Shown here: one piece after another, positions 30,148-38,467 of the stretch
How the letters are laid out: every line of letters begins with the position of its first letter
Position numbering within the stretch: position 1 is the stretch's first letter
From: Actinomycetota bacterium
Lineage (GTDB): Bacteria; Actinomycetota; Actinomycetes; S36-B12; UBA5976
Direction of reading: 5' to 3'
DNA: 47,980 nucleotides
Assembly (NCBI GenBank): GCA_016870945.1
Contig: VGAH01000001.1
Span: forward strand, 1 to 47,980
Notes under the pieces: model-generated
Told to the model about the DNA's origin: nothing
The model's database searches: none
The model's input: the letters and a program-made list of their open reading frames with translations, nothing else
Program-made: the position numbers and the translations under genes

Positions 30148-30162
30148 GCTCAGTTTCGCCAT
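29971..30162 (-). CDS. Putative DUF2530-like two-helix membrane protein, antisense to the DUF3027 tail
   Basis: 63 aa: MAKLSSDSKVAIVGTLAWVVVFAGLFFIRPWLIETGRLWWFWVALFGVLIGYLGLYLTLRRAK. It has two TM helices with the W-rich GT.xW...F / WW.W..L.G pattern I associate with DUF2530. A convergent small TM gene after DUF3027 fits mycobacterial synteny as I recall it. Caveat: it lies antisense to acidic GAN-rich codons. Confidence 0.5.
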   Translation of the reverse strand: MAKLSSDSKVAIVGTLAWVVVFAGLFFIRPWLIETGRLWWFWVALFGVLIGYLGLYLTLRRAK

Positions 30163-30245
30163 GCTTGGAACGATAGACGAATGAGCGCGAAGACCCGAAG
30201 AATCGTCACCTTAGTTGTGCTAATTGGTGTGGTCGGTTCTATGTT

Positions 30246-30269
30246 GCTAGCGAGTTTGGTTTCGCTAGC
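30246..30269. terminator. Perfect 8-bp hairpin between XRE and the DUF2530/DUF3027 ends (possible U-tract-less terminator)
   Basis: GCTAGCGA-gtttggtt-TCGCTAGC. There is no flanking T or A run. Confidence 0.3.
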
Positions 30270-30310
30270 CGGCTAACCAGTCACATCGCTTAAAGCTCGC
30301 TTGTCAATAG

Positions 30311-30574
30311 TTAGTAGCTTCTTCTTTTAGGTTGGGTCGAAACCAACAGGCTGTAGGCCTCGATGTTTAGGGCATCGGCTAGCGCCCAAAGGGTGTCTAG
30401 TGATGGGTTGTAGTGCCCGTTTTCGATTCGTGAGATCGTCTTTCGGTCTAGGCCCGAAAGGTCGGCAACCTGCTCTTGAGTTAGTGATTTGCCCACTCGA
30501 TATTGCCGCACCAATTTTGCGAACTCCATGCGGCGTTGAAACGAGTCGGGGTCTGTCCACGCCACAGCCAGCAC
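30311..30574 (-). CDS. XRE-family helix-turn-helix transcriptional regulator
   Basis: SLTQEQVADLSGLDRKTISRIENGHYNPSLDTLWALADALN. ATG 30529 (MEFAKLVRQYR...) is an equally plausible start. Confidence 0.85.
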   Translation of the reverse strand: MLAVAWTDPDSFQRRMEFAKLVRQYRVGKSLTQEQVADLSGLDRKTISRIENGHYNPSLDTLWALADALNIEAYSLLVSTQPKRRSY

Positions 30575-30641
30575 TTTCTGACACCCAGCGCGTCAAGTCT
30601 GTACCAAAGACGCCCCATTGAAGACTTAGGCTTTAGCGCTC

Positions 30642-31580
30642 ATGGTCTCTTTCGTGGTGAATTTCGTGCGCGGCGCCCTGATGGGCATTGCCGAAGTCAT
30701 CCCGGGCGTTAGTGGCGGCACCATCGCTTTGGTCGTCGGTGTGTATCGAACCTTGGTGGACGCGATCGCAGACGGCTTCTTGGCTCTTCGGCAACTTCTT
30801 GGCCTCGCTGGGCACAAGCCATCTATTTCTGCATTCTGGCGCACATTTAAATCATTGCCTTGGAAGTTACTACTGCCCTTAGTCGTCGGTATGGCAGTTG
30901 CCTTCTTGTCCGTGGCGCGCATCATCGAGACGGTTCTTCAAGAGCATCCAGTTCAGTTGCGCGCGCTGTTCTTTGGCCTTGTTCTGGCAGGGGTTTATGT
31001 ACCCGTGCACATGGCTCTTCGAGTCGCGCGCGTTCGCCTGACAGATCTGCTGATCGTTGCGGTGGCTTTTGTTGGTGCATTCATGGTTACTGGGATCCCG
31101 CCTGAGTCGGTGTCTGACCCGAATTTGATCTTCGTCTTTGGCGGTGCTGCCGTAGCAATCTGCGCTTGGATCTTGCCTGGTGTCTCGGGGTCTTTCTTTT
31201 TGTATTCGATAGGTCTCTACCAACCCATGATCGAGGCGGTAAACGACCGCAATTTGGTCTATCTCGGGGTATTCGCACTTGGTGCCCTGGTTGGTCTGGG
31301 CCTATTCGTGAACTTGTTGAAGTGGTTGTTGGCCAAACATGCTCGAGTGACACTTTGGGCGATCGTTGGCTTGATGCTCGGTTCATTGCGTGCACTATGG
31401 CCGTGGCAAGACGCCGATCGAGGGTTACTTGCACCCGGTGGTGATGTCGGGTCGGTTCTGCTCTTTTTTGGAATCGGCGTGATTTTTGTTTCTATTCTCT
31501 TGGTGATCGAACACCGTTTGAGGATCAGCGAAGAGGACGTAGATTTCGACGCGAGTGGTGCCCCTCGTCAACACACCTAA
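30642..31580 (+). CDS. DUF368-family membrane protein (family recently linked to undecaprenyl-phosphate recycling)
   Basis: GIAEVIPGVSGGTIAL and ILPGVSGSFFL are the duplicated DUF368 motifs. About 8 TM helices. Confidence 0.8.
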   Translation: MVSFVVNFVRGALMGIAEVIPGVSGGTIALVVGVYRTLVDAIADGFLALRQLLGLAGHKPSISAFWRTFKSLPWKLLLPLVVGMAVAFLSVARIIETVLQEHPVQLRALFFGLVLAGVYVPVHMALRVARVRLTDLLIVAVAFVGAFMVTGIPPESVSDPNLIFVFGGAAVAICAWILPGVSGSFFLYSIGLYQPMIEAVNDRNLVYLGVFALGALVGLGLFVNLLKWLLAKHARVTLWAIVGLMLGSLRALWPWQDADRGLLAPGGDVGSVLLFFGIGVIFVSILLVIEHRLRISEEDVDFDASGAPRQHT

Positions 31581-32054
31581 CTAGTTTTTTGCGGGGCGTC
31601 GCTTCCACGACCCCTTCTTTTGAACTTGCCTGGTAACTTCGTTAGGTAGATCACCATCGACGATGTCTTCTAGCGTTGTCTTTTCTAAAACGTCACGTAT
31701 GGCGGCACGAGTTGCTACCCAAACATCAGTGAGGTTCTTGGCGTTGCCTTTGTACTTGACGGTTTCAGGCGCCATGCCCCGCACGGCGGCCAGTGGGCCT
31801 TCGAGGGTTCTAAACAAGTCCGCCACTGTGTAGGTATGCGGATCAACAAGAAGCAAGTACCCGCCGTTAGGCCCCCGCTGGCTAGAGATAACTCGCTTGG
31901 CGCGCAATTGCGCAAGGATGCTTTCAAGAAACTTAAGTGGTATCTGGTGATTCCTGGCAATTTGCTCGGCCGTGATTCTCTTGCCTGCACTGCTGCTCTT
32001 GGTGACGTCAAGCACGGCTACCAGCCCGTACTCAAGGGTGGCCGAGATCTTCAC
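31581..32054 (-). CDS. Rrf2-family transcriptional regulator (no cysteines)
   Basis: MKISATLEYGLVAVLDV...ITAEQIARNHQIPLKFLESILAQLRAKRVISSQRGPNGGYLL. The product contains no Cys at all, so it cannot ligate an Fe-S cluster through Cys. Confidence 0.88.
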   Translation of the reverse strand: MKISATLEYGLVAVLDVTKSSSAGKRITAEQIARNHQIPLKFLESILAQLRAKRVISSQRGPNGGYLLLVDPHTYTVADLFRTLEGPLAAVRGMAPETVKYKGNAKNLTDVWVATRAAIRDVLEKTTLEDIVDGDLPNEVTRQVQKKGSWKRRPAKN

Positions 32055-32078
32055 GTACTCAAACTCACGCCATAATGG

Positions 32079-32102
32079 TACTAAATCTCTAGTATTTTAG
32101 TA
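32079..32102. promoter_or_regulatory. AT-rich inverted repeat in the Rrf2/FAD-protein divergent intergenic region (candidate operator)
   Basis: TACTAAAtctctagtatTTTAGTA with 7-bp perfect outer arms. It is the most AT-rich stretch of the neighbourhood. Confidence 0.4.
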
Positions 32103-32124
32103 GGGATATAGGTAGTATTTCGGC

Positions 32125-33423
32125 ATGTTTAAGCCACAGCCGCTTCGTTTGCTGGTGATCGGCGGGGGTGCTGCCGGTGTCGCGGTGGCGTGGAACGTCT
32201 TGCGATTCGCCGAGCGACCGATTGAACTTGTCATCGTCGACCCAAGTGAAGCAATCGGCTTAGGGGTGGCCTATGCCACCTCGCGCGATGACTACGTGTT
32301 AAACGTGCCAGCTGGGCGAATGGGGCTTGCACTTGATGACCCGAACCATTTCGTTGACTGGGCTGGGTCAGGTGCAGATGACTTCATCTCGCGCCGAAAA
32401 TATGGCCGCTATTTACAAGATTCACTAGACAAAGAAATTCGGCATTCAAGGTTCGTCGATTTTCGGCATCTCCGCACCGAAGTCACCTCTATTGATTTAA
32501 GCCAACTCGAATTAAAGGCCACCACAAGTGACGGCCCTCTAGGTACATTCGACAAAGCGGTCTTGGCGGTTGGGCTCGGCTCGCTATATCAACCTGAATT
32601 CACAAAGACGATCGATGGTGCTGCAGGTTATGTGCCAGATGTTTGGGCACCAGGGCTTGATTACGCCTCAGGGGTCATCGCTTGTATCGGCACTGGGCTT
32701 ACTTTCGTAGATCACGCACTAGCTGCACTGCGCGATGACCCAAGTAGAGAAGTCTTAGGTTTCTCTCGAACCGGCTGGGTACCCGAATCTCACCTGCCGA
32801 AAAGAGAACCAGCTTGGGAAGTTCCACCTGCAGCGAGAAAAACTGCCGCGGGGCTTGTGGAGTTCATTGATTCAGCAGGCTCAGCTTGGCGGGCTGCCCA
32901 AGACGGTGTTCGCCATGACTTACCTGAGATTTGGCGAGACTTGTCAGAGAGCGAAAAGAATGAGTTTTTGCAGTCTCATTGGCGCTGGTGGAACGTTCGT
33001 CGGCACCGTGCTGCGCCAGAAATCTCAATCGAACTTCGCAACCAACTTGAAAGTGGTCGACTCGAAGTAATTGCCGGTGAGATTAGCGATATCAAGACGA
33101 AAACCTCTGGGTTTCAAATCGAACTAAGTGATTCGCGCGCTTTTGATGTTGATCAGATACTTAATTGCACTGGTCAAGACTTAGATGTCGTCACCCCATT
33201 AGTCAGCCGACTTCTTGATGAAGGCGTGGTGTCGCGTGGCCCACTTGGCTTAGGTCTATCTGCCGATTTTGATAACTATCGCTTGCGTCGCAGTGACGGC
33301 ACGTTGAACTCAAATCTTTTTGCCATAGGCAAGATTCTTTTGGGTGAGCGGCTAGAAACCACCGCTATGCCTGAGATAAGAATTCAAGCAGCAGAGATCA
33401 CCCGTCAACTCTTGGTTGAGTAG
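32125..33423 (+). CDS. FAD/NAD(P)-binding protein of unknown function
   Basis: N-terminal Rossmann motif LLVIGGGAAGVAVAW. 432 aa and resembles the FAD-NAD(P)-binding (YpdA-unrelated) family. No SD is present, and TAGTAT ends 6 nt before the ATG. Confidence 0.6.
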   Translation: MFKPQPLRLLVIGGGAAGVAVAWNVLRFAERPIELVIVDPSEAIGLGVAYATSRDDYVLNVPAGRMGLALDDPNHFVDWAGSGADDFISRRKYGRYLQDSLDKEIRHSRFVDFRHLRTEVTSIDLSQLELKATTSDGPLGTFDKAVLAVGLGSLYQPEFTKTIDGAAGYVPDVWAPGLDYASGVIACIGTGLTFVDHALAALRDDPSREVLGFSRTGWVPESHLPKREPAWEVPPAARKTAAGLVEFIDSAGSAWRAAQDGVRHDLPEIWRDLSESEKNEFLQSHWRWWNVRRHRAAPEISIELRNQLESGRLEVIAGEISDIKTKTSGFQIELSDSRAFDVDQILNCTGQDLDVVTPLVSRLLDEGVVSRGPLGLGLSADFDNYRLRRSDGTLNSNLFAIGKILLGERLETTAMPEIRIQAAEITRQLLVE

Positions 33424-34526
33424 TTCTCCACTGACCAATCGATACAAGCAGTTAATGCTCTGACGTCGTCTGGCTCTATCGCGGGAAAGGTCGCGACTCG
33501 AAGTTGGTTTCGACCGAGTTTTCGGTAAGAGTCAGTGTCAACTATTCCGTTTGCCCGCAAGAAGTCAGCGAGTGCAACTGCATCGATTGATTCATCGAAA
33601 TCGATGGTGGCGACCACCTGCGAACGCAGAGCGACATCAGTCACAAACGGCGTTGCAAAGTCTTTGCTTTCGGCCCATTGATAAATGACTTGGGATGACT
33701 CTTTGGTGCGAGCGTCTGACCACTTAAGGCCACCATTGCTAAGAATCCAGTCGACTTGTGCGGACATCATCAATATCGTCGAAAGCGCGGGGGTGTTATA
33801 CGTCTGATCTAGCAGCGAGTTTTCGACTGCGATGCTTAAGTCCAAAAATGGCGGCTGGTATCGGTTGGTTTCTTTAACCTCGGCGATGCGAGCAAGAGCT
33901 GCTGGTGACATCAGAGCAAACCAAAGCCCCCCGTCCGAGCCAAAAGATTTTTGCGGGGCGAAGTAATAGACATCGAAATCCTTCGCATCTACTAGGGCAC
34001 CCCCGGCGGCACTTGTTGCATCAACCAACAACAGAGAATCACTGGCCGCACCCACAGGCTTTGTAAACGATGGCATGACACCGGTCGACGTTTCGTTGTG
34101 TGCGGTGGCGTAAGTGTCAAAAGTGGCGTTGGGCACGAAGTTCGGTGCCGTGCCTGGCTCACTCTTTTGTATATCCACGTTATTGATGTGAGGCGCTGCT
34201 TTGGCCCCAGAAGCAAATTTGCTGCTGAATTCACCAAATGAAAGAAATTGGGCATCGTTCTTAATTAGCCCAAAAATGGCTGCGTCCCAAAAAGCAGTGG
34301 TGCCACCGTTGCCGAGTATCACTTCGTACTCGTCAGGTAACGAAAACAGTTGCTTTAAGTTCGTGCGCAACTTCTTTACTTCATCTTTTACCGGCTTCTT
34401 GCGGTGAGAGGTTCCTAAATATTTAGGGTTGGAAGCAACTAAGGCATCAAGTTGTTCTTTGCGAACCTTGCTAGGGCCAGAGCCGAATCTGCCGTCTCTT
34501 GGCTTAAGTTCTTTCGGTATCTCCAC
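33405..34526 (-). CDS. serC: Phosphoserine aminotransferase (actinobacterial type)
   Basis: KPRDGRFGSGPSKVR N-terminus and YYFAPQKSFGSDGGLW with the PLP lysine region. 373 aa. Confidence 0.9.
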   Translation of the reverse strand: MEIPKELKPRDGRFGSGPSKVRKEQLDALVASNPKYLGTSHRKKPVKDEVKKLRTNLKQLFSLPDEYEVILGNGGTTAFWDAAIFGLIKNDAQFLSFGEFSSKFASGAKAAPHINNVDIQKSEPGTAPNFVPNATFDTYATAHNETSTGVMPSFTKPVGAASDSLLLVDATSAAGGALVDAKDFDVYYFAPQKSFGSDGGLWFALMSPAALARIAEVKETNRYQPPFLDLSIAVENSLLDQTYNTPALSTILMMSAQVDWILSNGGLKWSDARTKESSQVIYQWAESKDFATPFVTDVALRSQVVATIDFDESIDAVALADFLRANGIVDTDSYRKLGRNQLRVATFPAIEPDDVRALTACIDWSVENYSTKS

Positions 34527-34532
34527 TGACTG

Positions 34533-35666
34533 TTAAATAGCGACTGGTTCGTAGCCGCTAGGGGCGACTAGCTCGGCGTCCCATCCGGGAACTTCTTCTG
34601 GTTTACGAGGTGCCGGCCCGATGTAACGAGCAGATGGTCGAATCAAGCGCCCGGTTTTCTTCTGTTCGAGAATGTGTGCACTCCAACCTGCTAGCCGAGC
34701 GCACGTAAACATGGCTGTAAACATATTTGAAGGAACTTCTGCGTAATCGAGAACAATCGCCGCCCAAAACTCGACGTTTGTCTCAATTACTCGATCGGGA
34801 CGGCGTTCTTTGAGTTCCGCCAACGCTGCTTGTTCGAGTGCTTCGGCAACTTCATATCGAGGTGCGTGTAGTTCACGAGCAACTTTGCGCAACACGCGTG
34901 CTCTCGGGTCTTCAGCGCGGTAGACGCGGTGGCCGAAACCCATCAATCGGTCGCCACTGTCGAGAAGCTTCTTTACGTAAGTGCGGGCGTCACCCGTCCG
35001 TTCGACTTCTTCGATCATGTGCAGCACTCTGCTTGGCGCGCCACCGTGCAGTGGGCCACTCATGGCACCGATTGCACCTGAGATTGCGCCCGCGACGTCT
35101 GCACCAGTCGAGGCGATGACCCTCGCCGTGAAAGTAGATGCGTTCATGCCGTGCTCTGCTGCAGAGACGAAATAAGAATCGACTGCGCGAACGTGCTTTG
35201 GGTCGGGCTCACCGCGCCAACGAATCATGAATCTTTCGACCACCGTGCGCGCCTCATCTATTTGAGACTGAGGCACCATCGGCAGGCCTAGGCCACGAGC
35301 TGACTGAGCCACGAATGACATCGCCATCACTGAGACGTGCGCTAATTCGTCGCGGACTTTCTCAGGTGAAATGTCAAGAATGGGCTCTAGGCCCCAAGCT
35401 GGCGCCAAGGTCGCGATTGAAGCTTGCACGTCAACTCGTACATCACCTGTATGCACCGGAATCGGAAATGGCTCAGCTGGCGGTAGACCCGGATTGAATT
35501 CGTTATCAACTAGCAGACCCCAGACGTTCCCGAATGAGACTTTGCCTACTAGATCTTCGATATCTACCCCGCGATAGCGAAGCGCGCTGCCTTCTTTGTC
35601 AGGCTCTGCAATTTCAGTCTCGAAGGCGACTACACCTTCGAGGCCGGGAGAGAAATCAATTGCCAT
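34533..35666 (-). CDS. citA: Citrate synthase (CitA/type II-like, about 377 aa)
   Basis: GLEGVVAFETEIAEPD...LRYRGVDIEDL...GPLHGGA...MGFGHRVY. ATG 35666 is preceded by GGGGG. The 25 upstream codons in the track are unconserved. Confidence 0.9.
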   Translation of the reverse strand: MAIDFSPGLEGVVAFETEIAEPDKEGSALRYRGVDIEDLVGKVSFGNVWGLLVDNEFNPGLPPAEPFPIPVHTGDVRVDVQASIATLAPAWGLEPILDISPEKVRDELAHVSVMAMSFVAQSARGLGLPMVPQSQIDEARTVVERFMIRWRGEPDPKHVRAVDSYFVSAAEHGMNASTFTARVIASTGADVAGAISGAIGAMSGPLHGGAPSRVLHMIEEVERTGDARTYVKKLLDSGDRLMGFGHRVYRAEDPRARVLRKVARELHAPRYEVAEALEQAALAELKERRPDRVIETNVEFWAAIVLDYAEVPSNMFTAMFTCARLAGWSAHILEQKKTGRLIRPSARYIGPAPRKPEEVPGWDAELVAPSGYEPVAI

Positions 35667-35687
35667 ACAGCCCCCTACCGTAGTGCG

Positions 35688-36362
35688 GTGACTAAAGACG
35701 CCGATAGGTGGTTTGGTGAACTGCGGGTGTCTTATGAGCAAGGTTCTCTTGATGAAGGTGACCTAGCCGACACCCCGCTCGCACAATTTCAGCTTTGGTT
35801 TGACGAGGCGAGCGCTAATTCGGTTGCCGAACCGAACGCGATGGTTCTTTCAACAGTAGATGAGGACGGGGCACCAAGTGCGAGAAACGTGCTACTCAAA
35901 GGTGTTGATGAGCGCGGTTTCATTTTCTTCACGAATTTGGCTTCGCAAAAAGCAAAGGCCATCGCTTACGAGCCCAGAGTCTCATTGGTTTTTTCTTGGT
36001 TGCCCTTGCACAGGCAAGTCTTGGTTTGTGGCTTAGCTACGACATTGGCCAGGGCAGAAAGCGAAGAATATTTTCAGACGAGGCCTTACGGCTCAAAGAT
36101 CAGTGCATGGGTAAGTAGACAGTCTGAGCCAATCGCTTCGAGAGACACCTTAGAAGTCAAAGCCCAAGAATTAGTCGCGAGATTTCCTGAAGAGGTGCCG
36201 ACCCCTGATTTCTGGGGTGGCTACCTCGTCACGCCAAGCTCGGTTGAGTTTTGGCAAGGCAGACCTTCGCGATTACATGACAGGTTGCGCTTTGTTGCCC
36301 GAGTGGACACCCCTTCGATTGCTAATGCAGGCCATTGGCAGGTGCAGCGCTTTTCGCCTTAA
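35688..36362 (+). CDS. pdxH: Pyridoxamine 5'-phosphate oxidase
   Basis: LRVSYEQGSLDEGDL...PNAMVLSTVDEDGAPSARNVLLKG...VEFWQGRPSRLHDR... Confidence 0.93.
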   Translation: MTKDADRWFGELRVSYEQGSLDEGDLADTPLAQFQLWFDEASANSVAEPNAMVLSTVDEDGAPSARNVLLKGVDERGFIFFTNLASQKAKAIAYEPRVSLVFSWLPLHRQVLVCGLATTLARAESEEYFQTRPYGSKISAWVSRQSEPIASRDTLEVKAQELVARFPEEVPTPDFWGGYLVTPSSVEFWQGRPSRLHDRLRFVARVDTPSIANAGHWQVQRFSP

Positions 36363-36390
36363 CGGGTGCGGCTTGACTAAAGGCGAGGTT

Positions 36391-37773
36391 CTATTTCTTC
36401 TTACTTGCCTCATATCGACGCAGAGTTTCTTCACGTTCAACCGAATGCTCTACTAATCGTTTTGGGTAGCCGTGTGCATAGCCGTCAGATGACTCCCAAG
36501 GTTCGTGTGCCGCTGCGCCTTTGAGATGCGACAGCTCAGGCACCCAACGCCTCACATAGTCACCGTTTGGATCGAATTTAAGGCCTTGCATCACCGGGTT
36601 AAAGACTCGAAAGTAAGGCGCTGCGTCAGTGCCACAACCTGCAACCCACTGCCATCCGTGCACGTTGCTTGCTAAGTCACCGTCTCGAAGCTGTTGCATG
36701 AACCACTGTGCGCCGTATCGCCAGTGCACGTGAAGATCTTTGACGAGAAATGAGCCCACCACCATGCGCACTCGGTTATGCATCCAGCCAGTTGCAAGCA
36801 GTTGTCGCATGCCGGCATCTACGAACGGGTAACCCGTCTTGCCTTCTTGCCAAGCGGCTAGTGCCGATTTCTCGGTCTTGCCAAAGTTCCAGCCCATGTT
36901 TTCCCAAGCTGGGTTCATCGACACGTTCACGCTATTCGGTGTCTGAAAGAGCACATCGGCATAGAACTCTCGCCAGGCAAGTTCTTTGCGAAAAACCTCT
37001 TGAGATTTCGAATCGTCTAGTTCGGCCAGAAGAGATCGAGGGTGTATTTCCCCCCATCGCAAATGAACCGAAAGCTTGCTGGTCGAATCTAGGTCTGGGC
37101 GGTTGCGGTCTTCGCCGTATTCGGCCAAATGCTTCTTCTTGAAATCAGCCCAGCGGCGCCAGGCCGCATCTTCGCCCGCGTCGGCTTGCCAAACTTCCAA
37201 CTGTTGTTTGTTAGCAAGTGGCGGTAATGACTCTGACTTAACCGGGGCCCACCAATTGGCCTTGCTTGTCAATGGTTCTGCCGGGTTTCGCCAACCGTGT
37301 TTAAGCCACGCCTTATAAAAAGGCGTATAGACCAGGTAAGGGGTGCCGTCATCTTTAGTCACTCGCCCGGGGGCTACCGCGTAGGGCGAGCCGGTAGCGA
37401 CTAACTCGACATTCTTATTCAACGCACGCAGTGCCGCTTCTACTTTTTTGTCGCGGGCGATTCCGTAAGGTGCAAAGTCGGCAGATATGTGAACGCTATT
37501 GATCTCATGTTTGTCCACTAACTCACTGATGACTTTGGCGGGTTCACCAATTCGCACAATCAAGTTACCTGCTAGTGATTCATCAAGTGATGCAAGCGAA
37601 GCCAACATGTATGCGCGACGGGCGTCACCAGAGGGGCCCCAAAGATTTTCGTCCAATACGAATAGCGGCACGACACGCCCATCACCGGTTTCGGTGGCAC
37701 TCGAAATAGCCGCATTTAACGCGGGGTTGTCATAGAGGCGTAAATCACGCCGAAACCACATAAGGGTTGCCAT
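36391..37773 (-). CDS. phr: Deoxyribodipyrimidine photolyase (cryptochrome/photolyase family)
   Basis: LMWFRRDLRLYDNPAL at the N-terminus. FAD-binding C-terminal domain (WREFY..., GWMHNRVRMVVGSFL, DGDLASNVHGWQW). ATG 37773 gives the canonical N-terminus. Confidence 0.93.
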   Translation of the reverse strand: MATLMWFRRDLRLYDNPALNAAISSATETGDGRVVPLFVLDENLWGPSGDARRAYMLASLASLDESLAGNLIVRIGEPAKVISELVDKHEINSVHISADFAPYGIARDKKVEAALRALNKNVELVATGSPYAVAPGRVTKDDGTPYLVYTPFYKAWLKHGWRNPAEPLTSKANWWAPVKSESLPPLANKQQLEVWQADAGEDAAWRRWADFKKKHLAEYGEDRNRPDLDSTSKLSVHLRWGEIHPRSLLAELDDSKSQEVFRKELAWREFYADVLFQTPNSVNVSMNPAWENMGWNFGKTEKSALAAWQEGKTGYPFVDAGMRQLLATGWMHNRVRMVVGSFLVKDLHVHWRYGAQWFMQQLRDGDLASNVHGWQWVAGCGTDAAPYFRVFNPVMQGLKFDPNGDYVRRWVPELSHLKGAAAHEPWESSDGYAHGYPKRLVEHSVEREETLRRYEASKKK

Positions 37774-37864
37774 CAGCCCACAGGCTAGGCTTCTCTCATT
37801 CAGCTTGTCTAAGCAGCAACCACCCATTCCTCAAACGAAACCGAAAGGTTGAAGGTTCGCGTTG

Positions 37865-38467
37865 ATGTCGGTGAGCAAGGTGAGAAGGTCATTTCTTTCG
37901 GTGACCGCGGCGGTAGCACTGGTCGCTTGCGCGACCGCCCTCGGTGCAACCGCGGCTTTCGCAACCCCTGACCCAGCCGAACCCGAGTTAGTCACCCCGA
38001 TCACCGTTGATGACGTAGTTAGGCCGTTGCCGGTGGCCCCGTCCGGCAGGTTTGCTCGCGACAAGACATCCGATCCCCAAAGAGTCGACGCGCGATTCAA
38101 AGACACCGCCGATCGAATGCTCAAGGTTGCGAGATCACTTAAGGGGTCGCGTTACCTATTGGGGGGGACGACGCCTGCAGGTTTCGACTGCTCGGGTTAC
38201 ATCGGTTACATCTTGAACGAGATAGGTCTACCGGCTTTGCCAAGGGTGTCTCACGATATGTACAAAGCCGTGCCCCAGATAGAACGTAAAGAAGCAGAAC
38301 CTGGTGACTTAGTTTTCTTTCACGGTAAATCCGGTTTCGTTTACCACGTCGGTATCTACGCGGGTGGTAACGACATGTGGCACGCCCCGCAATCAGGTAA
38401 GGCGGTTTCGTTAGATCCCATATACAGTTCCAACGTGACTTTCGGACGTGTGATTAAACAAGGGTGA
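37865..38467 (+). CDS. Secreted NlpC/P60 (C40) peptidoglycan endopeptidase
   Basis: Signal peptide ending AFA. Catalytic region GGTTPAGFDCSGYIGY...HVGIYAGGNDMWHAP. Confidence 0.9.
   Translation: MSVSKVRRSFLSVTAAVALVACATALGATAAFATPDPAEPELVTPITVDDVVRPLPVAPSGRFARDKTSDPQRVDARFKDTADRMLKVARSLKGSRYLLGGTTPAGFDCSGYIGYILNEIGLPALPRVSHDMYKAVPQIERKEAEPGDLVFFHGKSGFVYHVGIYAGGNDMWHAPQSGKAVSLDPIYSSNVTFGRVIKQG

Noticed and set aside
30181-30276. 31-aa plus-strand ORF MSAKTRRIVTLVVLIGVVGSMLLASLVSLAG, which resembles a small single-pass membrane peptide
   Set aside because: It has no Shine-Dalgarno and no family I recognise. Its 3' third is a perfect 8-bp hairpin (30246-30269) that is better explained as an RNA structure or terminator between convergent units. 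It remains only a weak possibility.
37774-37864. Possible cyclic-di-AMP (ydaO-type) riboswitch upstream of the NlpC/P60 gene, as is common in actinobacteria
   Set aside because: The gap is only about 90 nt and lacks the conserved ydaO sequence blocks I can recall. A covariance-model search would be needed to exclude it formally.
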